This document shows positions 36,381-50,232 of a stretch of 64,000 nt of DNA, in pieces. Both the position numbers and the translations under genes were made by a program. The notes under the pieces were generated by a model. It did no database searches. It was not told where the DNA came from and saw only the letters and a list, made by a program, of their open reading frames with translations. Within the stretch, counting starts at the first letter, position 1, and every line of letters starts with the position of its first letter. Source of the DNA: Callorhinchus milii (taxonomy: Eukaryota); NCBI RefSeq assembly GCF_018977255.1, contig NW_024704743.1, forward strand, positions 69,690,001 to 69,754,000. The letters are read 5' to 3'.

Positions 36381-37539
36381 CTTGAGTTATCAGGTGAGAA
36401 AATAATCCCCACTTTTAATTTAAAACGGGATGACATTTTTACTGATTGAGGTCTTGGTGTTTATAAGACCCAGTACTGAAGCATGACATCTTTTCAGAGC
36501 CTCACATCTGTGTTCTTCTTAATGATCCACTGAGCTGATAATAATAATAATCCTTGCATTTGATATGGCGTTATATCACGTCTTCGAGACGTCTCAAAGC
36601 ACTTATTTTTCAATTGAATAAATTCATTGCACAGCTTTGCCTTGCAACATTCTTTTAATATGGTGCGATTACTAAGCAACCCCATTTAGATAATCAATTG
36701 CTTACAATACATACAGTTACAATACATACACAACAATAAACTAGATGGACGCAATTAATGGATACACTGGGACACACAATTAATGGATACACAGGGGCAG
36801 CTCATCCCTTGAAAATTTGTAGCTTACAACAGACCACCAAATACAGAACTGAAAAGCAAAATGCTTCTCTGTATGTATTGTGCAATAAAATTTTGGAAGG
36901 TGAGCTTTCAAGGCTGAGGTCGTCTCTAAATTGAAAGCTACAAAACTGTTGTAGTGATTTATGATGAGATTATTGCCTTGTGAACACTCCAGGTGTGCAT
37001 TATTCTCTATTTAATGAATAACTGCAACACTTGTCAACTGGTGTTGATTGTAATTTAATGGTGACTGCTTAAATACATGTTTCTGTTTTAATTTGTAATC
37101 TTTGTATATCTTCTTTTACCTCTCCATTGTCAATTGTTGAACTTTGTCTGAAGCAACCTGCAAACCAATGAGTCAATCTGCAAACCAACGAGCTCCATTT
37201 TAGGATTTTGAAGGGGCAGCACATCCCTTAAAAATTTGTACCTTACAAAATTAATGTTGTGATCTGTATCTAAAATCAGCACAGTTTTTGTGTTTGGAAC
37301 TCCTGGCACATGTACAGTAATTCCCCTCACCTCCTCTTACATACGCATTCACCTACAAATACACTATACTTTACAGTTAAAATTCCATGAAGCGCTCTGA
37401 GATATTTAAATAATATGATAAGGCTCCATATCAGATGTAAATATTATATTATTATATTCAACACATCCCTTTGTTGCCTATTCTGAACTTGTGTATTTAA
37501 ATCTTGTTATAATTTTGAAAAATTATTGACAAATAAAAA

Positions 37540-37728
37540 ACAGTAATAAACCCTCAAAAAAAAATTGTCACTCAATCCACGACTGTTTGTGGGGCACTGA
37601 TGTGCGCAATTGGCTGCTATATTTCGCCCACAAAACACAGAGTCACTACACTCTGAAGTGTAGTTCTTTGAGATGCCTCGAAGATGTGATAAAGCACTGT
37701 ATCAAATGCAAGGATTATTATTATTATA
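37540..37728 (+). mobile_element. tRNA-headed SINE, 3' half
   Basis: CACTCAATCCACGACTGTTTGTGG...CAAATGCAAGG(ATT)n. Confidence 0.85.
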
Positions 37729-37999
37729 AATATTCTGAGGCTAGAACAATAGTTAGGTATGTTTAAACAATAAGTTCAACAACAACTTGCTTTTATATAG
37801 TGCCCTTTATATGGGGTAGTGTCCCACAGTGCTTGACATTGCTGAACACAGCAATTGATCTGCAATGCATAAATATGTATTTTACCCTTGAACTGGGGAG
37901 AATAGATATAATATTACTCCATGTAACTTGGGTTTCTTAAACTGCTCTCAAATGTTTTGTCATTCTATATAACTAAAGAGGCCTCGTTGCAGAATTTTG

Positions 38000-38420
38000 T
38001 GTGTTAGCCTGGCTCTCTCACCTCTGATTCAGAGGTTGTGGATTCAAGCCTCACAATGGGACTTTCAATGCACAGTCTGATCTGACACTACAGTACAGTG
38101 CTTGAGGAGAGCTTAATTGTTGGAAGTGCTGTTCTTTGGATGAGACATTAAACCGAGATCCTTCTGTATATTTGGGTGGACGTTAAACATTCTATGGCAT
38201 TATTCAAAAGGAGAAGGGTTGTTTTCCTGGTGTCCTAGCCAACAGTCCTTTAGTTAAGGTTGATCCTTCACTTCATGGTTGTCTGTGGAACATTGCTGTT
38301 TGCAAATTGGCTGCCACATTCAGCTACAAAATGCACAGTCACTCCTGAGTAACTCTTATAAAGCACTTGGAAACATGTTGATGTTGTGAAAGGCAAGGTT
38401 ATCGAATGCAATGTTTATTA
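38000..38420 (+). mobile_element. Old Deu-domain SINE
   Basis: Same layout as 8245-8660. Confidence 0.8.
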
Positions 38421-38467
38421 TTATCATCTTAACCCGGCCAGAATTGTATCAACTCAATCTGCTGTCT

Positions 38468-38760
38468 TAATAATAATCCGTGTATTTGATACAGTGCCTT
38501 ATCGCATCTTCTAGACGTCTCAAAGCTCTTCACAGAATATACTGTAAAATGAATTGACTGTATTTTGTGGGCGAAACGCGGCAGCCAATTGCGCACAGCA
38601 GTGTCCCACAAACAGTCGTGAATTGAATGACCAATTTATTATTATTTTTTGGTGGGATTATTACCTCCTGAAAAGTGATCTGCCAATCGGCTAATAAATG
38701 GGTTCCTGCTAGATAAACAAAGGCGTGCGTGTGTGTTTGTGTGGAGTAAGGAAACTTACT
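38468..38760 (-). mobile_element. tRNA-headed SINE, long subfamily, headless
   Basis: Runs from the tail through GTGGAGTAAGGAAACTT on the + strand. Confidence 0.88.
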
Positions 38761-39849
38761 TATCTCGACGACATGATAAGGCGCTGAATAAGTCGTGTTG
38801 AATGTCGTCCATCTAAAGTGCCCTATAGCACTTTATATGTAGCTAACTTAGACAAAGTAGAATCCTTTATATCCAGTTTGTTCAGATGGACACACGCTAT
38901 TTCTTACTTTGATATAACAAACAAAAATAACAAACTATACAAAAATTACAGGCTAAGGCAGAACTAATTTGAGGATTAGTTACAGTGTCAATATTCCATA
39001 AGCGAGCTACAAACCAGAGCAGCTAAGCACAGGAATCAGCTAAGAGCATAAATTCATCAGAGAAGGATATAGAACTACTCTCCACTATTCCTCCACAATA
39101 TTAAGTCTAGATAATATCTGATTTCAGGCTCTCGAAGGCTTGTTTTTTTACTCACTGGGCATTAAATTCCAAAGGTTTATTGTGCTTTCACATCTTATTT
39201 CACTTATAATAGTTAATTAGTACTCCCAGGTTAGCCATGGCTTGCGATAAATAGTATATTTGTAAAATTAAAGAAATATATTTTACAGTCTAAGCATGTC
39301 CACCATATGACTTTTTAAAAAATTACCTGATGGCATAATCTACTTTCCAAACATAAATACGATTGTGGTAACATATAAAGTAATGGCATTTGTTTTGCTA
39401 TACAACAAAAACAAATGTTCTGAATTTAAAATGTTGTCACAAATGAGGTCTCAGTGCCCTATTTGCTCAAAATCACATGTGACTGTAATTTAGATAACAA
39501 CTATAATACTGTACATCACCTACATGGATGAATTAGATAGTGTTAACCCTCACCGCATACCCAGTATTAAAATTAATTATGCTTCATGTCAGTTGCATGA
39601 AAAAGACAAAGCTTACTTCCTGAGGAAGAAACACAGACAGGGTGTGGCTGTTTACAGTGAGTCCAGTTTGCCTTTAAATGCTCCACTTTGTATTAAAGAA
39701 CCAATTTGAACTGTTAGAAGCACCAACGACTGGCAAAGTTGAAATAATAACTGAAATATGCAACATTAACAATAATAATCCTTAGAATAATCCTTGCATT
39801 TGATATAGAGCGTTAGCATGTCACCGAGACATCTCAAAACTGCAGAGAT

Positions 39850-40280
39850 TTTACAATAACAACAACAACTTGGATTTGTATAGCGCCCTCCACGCCAGAC
39901 AGTGTCTCATACTGTGAAGTGTAGTGACTGTGCATTTTGTAGATGAACGTGGCAGGTAATTTGCACACAGCAATGTCCCACAAGCAGCCATGAAGTGAGT
40001 GACCAATTTTATTTGGGGGATTGTTAATAATAATAATAAGGCAATTTTGTGCACAGCAATATCCCTCAAATGGCCATGAAATGAGTGACCAATTTTATTT
40101 AGGGGATTGTTGGCCAGAACATTGGGAGAAACACCCTTCTCTTTTCAAATAGTGCCATGGGATCTTTAACGTCTACCTGAACAGTTAGATGGGGCCTAGG
40201 TTTGAAGTCCCATCACCTCCAACAATGCAGTGTATCTCCAGCACTACACTGGAGTGTCAGCCTTGACTATGAGTTCAAAG
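39850..40280 (-). mobile_element. Old Deu-domain SINE(s) with a duplicated 3' segment
   Basis: GCACA.AGCAAT..CCC...GCCATGAA.TGAGTGACCAATTTTATT occurs twice (about 39960 and 40050). Confidence 0.75.
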
Positions 40281-41170
40281 TCCTTCACAATAATTGTTGG
40301 GAATGGTCTTGTGGTTGACATCAATGGCACGATCTGGCAAGAACTGCAATACAGATTTACACTACTGAGGTATTCATGAGCACAAGACATTTACCCACAC
40401 CAGAAGAACCTGGACATAGCATAACTTCCACCACTGCTAACATCGTGTATAAACAACATTAGAGGCACCAGCAACAATTATGTAGACTTGTGTTCATCAT
40501 ATATCAGAACAAATCAATTTCAAATAACCAAGAAATAGTTTTATGTTTTTGAATTGCACGATAGATGAATTATGATGAAAATATAATTGTTACCAGCTCT
40601 CACTGATGTACACTAGGTACTTGACAGAATTGTCAGTATGAATTTTCAGCTGTTTGCAATCTTAATCAGCTAACATAATAATAATCTACTTAAATGTAAC
40701 ATTTCCAGTAGGGGGAGCTGTAGATAGTACAAAATACATTATTATTTTATGCTATCACTTTATGCTAAACAAATACAGATGGAATTGTTTGCACCTTGTT
40801 ATGTTTTTCTAGTCTGCGTTACCTCATTTTGTAAGGAAATATGGGAAAACATTTGGCCAGTAAGAATTTATGTTAAATTAACCATCATGCTTTAAACAGC
40901 AGTCAATATGCCAAGGCTATTTGTTTAATATTAATGTCATCTTGCAAATATTGACAAATTTAACACAGCAACAAATTCCACTTGGGATCTAAATTTATGC
41001 TGTGCAGCGTTTGAGCTGATCCAGAATTTGGCAAAGTGTTAAATTCAGTTTTAACTATGAAGTCTGTTATCTGTAGTTCTTAAAAGAGATTCTTAAAAAA
41101 ACACTTCACACGAGGACATGGATTTTCAAAGCCCCTCACACGAGGACTTGCATAAAGTTGGTATTAATTA

Positions 41171-41565
41171 ACAACAACAACAACAACAACAGGATTCCAT
41201 TTATAGAGCGCCTTTCACAGCGGGAGGACGTCCCAAGGCGCTGTACAGTTGGGTCAGGACCCGAGCAGGGGGGAAATGGTCAGGGTGAGGGGAGGGAAGG
41301 GAGGGAGCGAGGAGGGGGGTAGAGAGTCGAGAGGGGAGCTGAAGGCACGGTCAAAGAGAAAGGTCTTGAGACCGGCCTTGAAGGAGGAAAGGGAGGAGGC
41401 GGCGAAGGCACTGGGGGATGGAGTTCCAGAGCCTCGGGGCTGAGAGGCTGAAGACCCGGCCACCGATGGTAGGGCGGTTGGGGCGGGGGATGTGGAGGAG
41501 ACCGGAGCCAGAGGAACGGAGGGTATGGGCAGGTAGGTGGAGGGATAGTAGGTCGGAGAGGTAGG
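41171..41565 (-). mobile_element. Young L2 3' end
   Basis: Nearly identical to 25941-26330; (AAC)n tail on the + strand. Confidence 0.95.
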
Positions 41566-41569
41566 TTAA

Positions 41570-41948
41570 GGCTGGTTCTCAGGATTGATGGATCTCTCGA
41601 ATATCAAGGTATCCGAGGACTGGGATAATGACTGCTGGAGCGCAGTAACTGGAGTCTGGGTTCATCAGCATTAACACATATTCGGGGTTTGGTATCCACC
41701 TTGATTGGTAAGCAGAGAGGTAAGCAGCTGCCGTTGAAGATCCTCACATTCAAATAATTAAGCCGATGTTCAATGAGCAGGATTGTGTGTCTGAAATGTG
41801 GGCAACAGGTTGGTGATAATTCTCTCATGTATTTCATTCTGATCTGCGCTGCTCACCAGGGGTCTCAGGGAGTTCCTGATGCCTGCTATACACCAAATGA
41901 TGTCTTGAACCTGTGCTTGTTAGATGTTGTTGTTGTTGTTGTTGTCGT
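41570..41948 (+). mobile_element. 3' end of an unclassified LINE with a degenerate zinc knuckle
   Basis: One frame reads ...RGKQLPLKI...CLKCGQQVGDNSLMYFILIC and is followed by a (TGT)n tail. Confidence 0.5.
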
Positions 41949-44900
41949 CAAATAACCAGCTAGTGTCTTAGCCGACAATCCCTACAAATTGGCCTACAAA
42001 TTGGGCATCCACTTCATGGCAAAAATTGGCTGCCACATTTGCCTACAAAATACAGTCACTGCACTTTACAGTATATCCTGTGAAGCACTCTGAGACACCC
42101 TCATGACATGAAAGGCCTTATATTAAATATAAGAATTTTTCTTTTTTTAATTCCTATCCTCTGGGTTGACGGAGGAGGTAAGCAAGGTTTCTTTGGGGCT
42201 AAGCTGATGCAAGGTGATGTGCTTTGCAAAAGAATGTTATTGAGTCAAACCTCTGTTGGAATCTCAATGGTCCAGTTCCTGAGCCAAGTGGGTCTGTAGT
42301 ACTCTTACACCAGCCTGGCTCATCAGCAGCAATGGGAGAGGCAGATCAGCCACTGGGGCCAGGAATTTTTCCTACCTGACTCCTGTTAACCCTACAACCA
42401 AAAGTCTGATGGGTAGGGGTGGTCCTAGCTGGTCAAGTAGTGGAAAGCTTTACAAAAACTGTTCAGGATGGTAAGCTTTGTTGTTTTTGGTGGTTAAGCT
42501 GGAGTCCCTGAACCTTGAATCTCCCCAAATTGTGCCTAATACCTTCCAGAATTAGGTAACCAGAGCCCGTCTCTCTTGAGGAGAGAATGCAAACTCTATT
42601 CCAGACACAAAGAAATTTCCATACATATGTGGCATACATATGTGGAACTCTCGTTCAAGTTTGAATATTTTTAAACATGCGGATGGGTTTCTGCACAAGT
42701 CGGGCACCTGGCTGATCAAACAAAAATCATTTTTTCAATCGCTTCAGGGAACTTTTTTCAGGAATATACATAATAGTTTTCAAAAGGGAATTGGACAAAT
42801 GTCTGAAAAGAAAAAATATTAAAAGACATAAGAAAAGGGCAAATGAGTAGAACTAAATGGTTTACTCTTTCCAGGAGAAAACACAGATATAAAAAACCTC
42901 CTTCTATGCTGTAAGTCTGTGATTCTGTAATTCCATGTGCATTGTTGAAAACTGATTTAAAAATCACCAATAACAACAGCCCGAGGGTTGAAAGTGGAAG
43001 CAACCTTCATTCCTTGGCTTAAGAAATTTCAAATTAACAAGAAGTGGTTTCTGTGTTTACCTGGGTACAAGAGCAGGCGAAATGCACTGTTTTAGGAAAC
43101 TAGAATGTTTATCTATTTCCACAGTAGTATGAAGAAACATTTTTAGAGAGATAGAGACAACTCTAGTCATTGCTTGCTTTCTCAGAGTGTTGAATGTTGT
43201 CTGTTGAATGTTAATGGCCTTAGGAGGGCTGTCAATCTATTGATAGACAGCAGCTATACAAGCTTTGAATTCCTCTGTATGAAAGGGGGCTTAACAATGC
43301 CAAAAAAATTAATGAGTAACACTGCGGTCACCATTTGACTCCTTCAGTAATGTGTTTCTCAGTTATCTGAATGGAACAATTGACTGCAAGTTTGACTGTT
43401 TGGAGATCAGAGCTATGATCTCAAACTGTGGTTCAGTACTCCACAGACTCCAGTCAAGTGCAGGTTCAACCAGGTAGAGTAAACAAATATAATGCATTAA
43501 TGAAACATTTTTATGTGATAAGGCACTATAAAAATTAAAAGGCGAGTCTTTGTATTTTACAACAAGCCTCAGTGTTGTTAATAACAATTTGAGTACCTTG
43601 ATCACTTCAAACCATCCAATGTGTGTCCCATTCCAAAGAATTCAGCAAACCTAAAATAAGAGTTTGGAACGTACAATGTACCTAAAGTTTGGGCAGGAGT
43701 TGCTTTGAACTTTTTTCTTGGAAGCTTTTCACGATAAACATTCTTAAAGCATTTCAACAGATACTTGAAAACTGTCAGGTGTTGAAAAATCTAAAGTTCA
43801 GAATTAATAATTAGGCAATACTTTACAGGAAAACAGTATAAAATGAATCTGCAGGGTAAGTGCACAAACACAATACCTCTTAGAGAGAATAACAAATCAA
43901 TACAACAATGGAATGAAAAGAAATGGACAAACTGCAGATTATCTCTGGCAAAGCTGACCTAAAGTGGTTGGAAAAGATCTATAAATATCCCATGATCCTA
44001 CTGAAATAAAGTATAAGAAAATCAGGTACAAATACGATCACAACGAGAAGTTTTCATAACAGATTCACAAGGAGAAAATCCATCTGAGTTTAGATTTACT
44101 TTATTTAGTGGAACAAAATACACAGTCAAAAAGACTTTACAGTAAATCCTGTGAAGCGCTTTGAGACATATCGATAATGTGATAAGGTGCTATATACAAT
44201 GCATTATTATTTTTATTATGTGGCGAAAGTGGAATATAAACAGTTCTTGAGGCATTGTTTTTGCACTACACAAATTGGCAAATACAGCCGGTGAGAGAAG
44301 GTATACTTACTAGTATATTTTAAGATGTAATAATTCAGTGTCAAAAAGCAATTTTTTCTCCCTTTGGGTTTTGCAGCATCACAAGTAATTTGTGACTAAG
44401 AGGAGAGGTAGGTGACCTGCGACTAGTCTTATCAATCATGTTCTGTAACTAGTCACTGGGTGCCTGAGAGCAGCTGAGCAACATTTCTTGAATATTGAAG
44501 AATCCCCATAGTGAATACCAGCACTTTGTTCTGCTTTTCCTCTTTAAACCACAGCTCAGATCAGCCATTGACCAAAAATATCCTTGCATTGAAGCACATA
44601 ATAAAATAAGAACAAGCCATTTAGCCAGCAAGCCCACTCCCTCCACAGATAATACAAAAAGCAGCCTATCATAGATTGTCACCCTCCTATTTTATCCTTA
44701 GTTAACTAAATGTATATTAGGCATATACATATACACCATAGAACAAACATACTCTTATTGTTGATAATAACTAGCCTATTCAATTAAATAGAATTGCACA
44801 GATTGTTATAACACAGAAATAGGCCATCCAGCCCAGCAAGTCTGTACTGGTGTTTGTACTCCACATGAGCCACTTCCCTCTAAAGCTAAGTTTACCTAAT

Positions 44901-45380
44901 CTTTCGATCCTTTTTACTGTGCCAATAGATAGAGAACCACTTTTTGTTCTCAAAATTTTAAATCTATATTTGTTTATAATAGCGCTGAACTTCAAGTATG
45001 TCTATTGCTTAAATTTCCTTGTATAACACAAAATGTTTGGCTGGATACTGTCTTGGCCTACACTAGGGTTTGCTTGTGGAATGTAATCTATTACACCCCA
45101 AGGGCAATATACAAAGGTTCTATCATATGTTTCCATCCAAGGATATTCACAATCCGTATCTGGCCCCGTGTCTCTAGAGGCAATATTACACCCATCGTTC
45201 GTGACTAACAGGAACACAAATATTATTGTGCTCCTTGGATTATTTATTCAGCTTACTTTGCATCTGTCCCTAATTCTTTCAATACTGATCCCAATCACAG
45301 ATTTACCCTTTTTTTAATGTAATTAACAACAAAGTTACTAAGACTACATTCATCTAAAAATAAAACAAATCAATCAATAT

Positions 45381-45842
45381 ATAATAATAATAATACTTGC
45401 ACTTGATATAGTGCCTTATCACGTCTTCGAGACGTATCAAAGCGCTTCACAGAATATACTGTAAAGTGTATTGACTGTATATTTTGTGGACGAAATACTC
45501 TCACAAGTGAGAGACCTGGGTTTGATTCCCGGCAGGGCAAAATCGTTGGTCAAGTTTCCTTACTCCACATGCTTCTGTTTATCTAGCAGTAAACAGGAAC
45601 CCGGTTGTTAGTCGATTGGTGGATAGCTTTTCCTGGGGTAATAATTCCTTCAAAAAAAAATAATAATTTGGTCACTCGATCCATGACTGTTTGTAGGACA
45701 CTACTCTGTGCAATTGGCTGCCGTGTTTCGCTCACAAAATATACAGTCAATTCACTTTACAGTATATTCTGTGAAGTGCTTTGAAGCGTCTTGAAGATGT
45801 GATAAGGTGCTGTATCAAACGCAAGGATTTTCATTATTATTA
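45381..45842. mobile_element. Minus-strand SINE tail (45381-45494) fused to a 5'-truncated plus-strand SINE (45497-45842)
   Basis: Two tails pointing outward, giving inverted arms of about 110 nt. Confidence 0.88.
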
Positions 45843-46649
45843 CATACTACATATATACTACATAAAGCAAGTGCTAGAGTGAGCAAGGAAGAAATGCACA
45901 GGGGATGGTTGGATTGGAAGTAAAATGGTTCAGCCATCACCTGGAGAGTATTGCTTCAAGAGGGATTTTGGTCTGAACCCTTCAACCAGAATTTGAGGGA
46001 GAGTGCATTATAAAATAATCTCTTCCCTTCAAAGTGCCTGCATTCTGTTGGACATTTGTCAGCACAAATCTTTGCTGGAGACAGTCAGCTTTGGCTCCAA
46101 GGTTGCTCCTAAGCACCTAACTAACTTCATCAAAGTCAACAGAACTACTACAGCTCCTTCTCATAAGTTCGTTGGTGTTGTCAGCTACAGAAAAAGAAAG
46201 TACCGGGGGAATACTAAAGCAAGGATTTCTTGTTGTAAAGAAAGAATTGATTTATAATGCCCTTTTTTCTCTATTGCTGGTGGGAATATTGAATAAAGCT
46301 AACTCCCCTTTGATTTTATTTCACTTCTAACAAACTCAACTAACTTGCTAACACTATCAGTAAACTGTACGTCCAATAGAGGGAATATACTTGGGGAGTG
46401 CAGAGAATTAAAGCACAAAAAGCTGATAGACGAGGACACAAATGTAGGTTCACCATTGCAACACAGTAATGACAACAAATTGTATTTATAAAGTGCCTTT
46501 CACGTCAAGAGCATGTCCCAAGGTGCTGGAAGGCCAGTAAGCTTAGGTTCATCATAGTCAGAACCTATTTAATCAAAATCAACAACAACTTATGAGCTAA
46601 TAATGATTAGACAAGCTACAGCTTTTCAGTCTTGAGAGAAGACAACTCA

Positions 46650-46965
46650 GATAGGTGTATACATTTTTTAATGGGATTGAAAAAGTAAACCTGGATTAAT
46701 ACTTTAGGATGCATCAAGGCAACAGAACAAGTGGATATAGGTTTAGAATTGTAATTTCAGGACAGATACCAGGATGTTTTTCTTTATGCAGAGGGTAAAC
46801 AACAACTGGAACAGGTTGCTAGGAAAGGTGGTGGAGGCCAGGATACTGGACTCATTGAAAAAGCAACTTGATGCATTGATGGGGGGGGGGAACAATACGG
46901 TGTATGTTCTGGAGAGAAGTGATTGGATGTACACCGTCTTCATCCAGATCAATCTTGTGATCCAT
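46650..46965 (+). mobile_element. Old CR1 3' fragment
   Basis: FFMQRVNNNWNRL...VVEA..LDSLKKQLD. Confidence 0.75.
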
Positions 46966-48174
46966 ATAGTGCCTTTCATGTGGGGTAGCATCTTGGAGCT
47001 GTGATTTGGAGCGGAAGATCCAAAACTATGCTGAGTCCTCAGCAGTTGTACAAACTTAAACCATGACATGGAACACATGGTTGAAAGCTTGCATCCTTCA
47101 GTTGTTTGATGGGTTGTGTACCTGATCGGCTTTCTCAGGTGTTGGAAGCTATGCTCACCCAATTATCCACGCACATGATCATTCCAGCAGACATCTCTGT
47201 ACAAAGATCAGGAGTAGACACATAGCCATTTTTTCCTCCATCACCAAAGGCGCTATGTCTAGTATATGTCTAAAGTATAGGTCTGCACGTGCGGATTGCG
47301 CAGTGGGACCACTTGAGGCTGGGGCTGATCGTTCAAACTGCAAGGAGAGCAGGTGGCACACGACTGTGAGCAGGGAGCAGGGGATTGTGTTCCCATGGAG
47401 AATTTGGAGAGGAGCCCAGCCAGTTGGAATAACGCAGCAGTGTGAAGCTGCCAGGTCCAAAGCCTTAGAGGCTCCAAAAGCCTTAAAGACAATAAGGTGC
47501 TATAGTTTTACCCCAGCACACTGCCATCAGATAGAATAGAAACCCCTTTTGTTTCTGAATTGGAAGGGGGGAGGTGCAGTCAGCCTCAAAACTGTCTTTA
47601 AAGCAGAGTTTAAAGACATATTTTTATCCACCATTTTCATGCACTCTCTTGATTATTTCTGGCAATTTAACAAACAGAATAGGTTTAGGAATAGGAATTT
47701 GGATCTCTATTTTGTATATTGTTTGTGGATTTCCAGCATTTTATATTTTTACTTCAGATGTTCTTCCATTTACATCATTTTCCATTCACATTTTATTATT
47801 ATTATTTCTATTTCTATTTTAAATAGAGACTGACCTGGAAATTATGGAATGGAGCTTTTATCATTATTTGCATATAGCAAAATCTTCCAAACAATTTTAC
47901 ATTCTCCAATGAGGGAGCATCTGAAAGGGCAGAGCTTAATAAAGGATGGCTAGATTGATTCAGGCAGTGGAGGTCATGCTCCAGTAACTATCTGGAGATT
48001 CTCAAAGATATTACTGACTTTGTGAATAAAGGAAAAGCTTAGTATTTTATCCACTTAGATGTTCAAAATATAGTTAATAGGGTTCCACATGGGAGATAAA
48101 TGGACAAAGTAGACTATTATGGAATGTAGGACAGCTTTAAGTGCTAGATAGAAAATCTGTTCAAAATACGGGAT

Positions 48175-49320
48175 CAACAACTTGCATTTATATAGGCTCC
48201 TTCATACAGATAGTATCTTGGGGGGGTTTAACAGAAATGTGGTTTGATGCCGAGCTGGAAAAAGAGGGGAGGTGACTGAAGGCATGGTCGAAAAGGTCAG
48301 TGTGATTTGAAGATTGAGCATAGGGGGCAAGATGAAGGGATTGAGGCAGGGAGTTCCAGAGATTTGGGGCATTGTCGCTGAAAACATGGCCTCCCATGGT
48401 GGGGTGGAGGGAATGTGGGATATGAAGAAGAATCAAGCTAGCTGAGTAAGGACAACAGACCATGTGAGCAAATAGGAGAGGTAAGGAGGTGCCAGGCCAT
48501 GAAGTGATTTGAAAGTGAGAGTGAGGATCTTGAAATCGATGCATTCTGCAACAGGTGAAGACTGGCAAGAACTCACTTGATGGGGATGCAGAGCCTTATG
48601 GCACAGTTTTGTATCATTTCTACCTTATTTATAGTGGAGCTGGGGAGTGTAAATGAAAAATTGAGGTGGGAAGTGAAGAAAGCATTAATGAGGGTTGCTG
48701 CAGCATTTGAAGTAAGATAGGATCGAAGGTAGGCAATATGGCAGAGATGGAGGAAGGCAGTCCTGGACAGGGACCAGATGTAGGGTGGGAGGGATAATTG
48801 GGGATCAAACCTGATCCCAAGGTTGTGTACATTTTTGATGAGTCTGTGAAATCAGTAGGGAATTTTAAGGAGTTTAGGACTGCAGGTGAGAAGATGTTAT
48901 TTGAAGACAAGGAGTATGCCATCCATCTTGTCCATGTTTAGATGCAGAAAGTTGGAGCTCATCCAGACCTCGATGCTAGATAAGCAGTCAGTCAGAATAG
49001 CAGCGTGTGGAGTAAGGAATCTTGCACAACATTTTGCCCCCGGGAATAGAACCCAGGTCTCCTGCTTGCGAGGTGAGTGCTCTAACCACTGAGGTGCTCT
49101 AACCATCGGTAAGACTGGGGATGCGACTAAAGGAGAAATAGATTTGGTGTCTGTGGATGATGTCACCAAGAGGCAGCACGTAAATAAAAAAAGTATAGAT
49201 GGGTAGCTTTAAATAGTGGGGGCAGATCAGCTGAGCAGCATGAAGCAGTCCAGAGTTGGCAGAGAAGAAGACGTGGCCGAGGGAGTAGGGTTGCAGGAGA
49301 TATTACAAGTGATATTTCAA
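48175..49320 (-). mobile_element. Old L2 fragment with an inserted SINE head (about 49002-49085)
   Basis: CLSSIEVWMSSNFLHLNMDK motif interrupted by a tRNA-head sequence. Confidence 0.75.
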
Positions 49321-50232
49321 ATCAGATGCATTCAGAAACAATCAGAACTTTCATTTCAAGCCATTCTGGAACAGAAAAAATATATTTAAATGCCAACCAT
49401 TACTTTCACTAAGAAGCTCAGGGTATCTTTTAAATAATCTATTTCTAAATAGTTACGTTTATCATTTTGGCAGCTATTCCCTACCAATTTCTTCAATCCC
49501 ACATAGTTTGGACATCAGCCTTGGCGAAAGTTCAAAGAAAATAAAACATTGTGATGAGACTTATTTAATTAGAATAATTGCCTTGCCTAGCTCATTTGTA
49601 TGTTGCATAATGGAGTCTGTGAGTGTTCATTCTAAATATTACTGTTTATAATATAAGATCTGGATGGTGAACTGGCTTGGAATATTAGGAATGTTTCTGA
49701 AATGATTTGGAAGATTGTAAAGGCACATTGAAAAATATACTACTTTAATCAGTGAACCTCTCAATAATCTTTCTCCTCTGGGCCCCATATCAAATCCAGC
49801 CCAGATGATGGGATGAAACTCTTCTCATTCAAAAGGTAAGGCTTGTAAATGTAATTCATTTGGATAGTCTAAACCCAGTTCCTGGAGGGTGCAAAGGCAC
49901 AGTATAAATGTGGCAATAATTTGCAGTGTTCCCATATGAAGATCAGATTGTTACGCCAAATATTTCTATTTTATTGCTCACATTTTCTGTATGATTTCCA
50001 GTATAAACATATAGTTGAAAACATATTTAGCAAAATATGGAAACAATAAGTTGAATTGCCATTTTTGCCAGATTCAACAAGATCTGGGAGATGTGGAGAC
50101 CCTGGATGGAGGTGCAGAAGTCATTGTACAAACTGAAGAAAAGCTTCCAAAGCTTGTTAGCTTATTGGTATTTAACAAGGCTGCAGAATATAAGAAAACA
50201 ACTTGCATTTGTACAGCACCCTTTATATAGGA

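Noticed and set aside
50072..50160. Possible + strand exon IQQDLGDVETLDGGAEVIVQTEEK
   Set aside because: No clear donor, no recognisable homolog and no partner exons.
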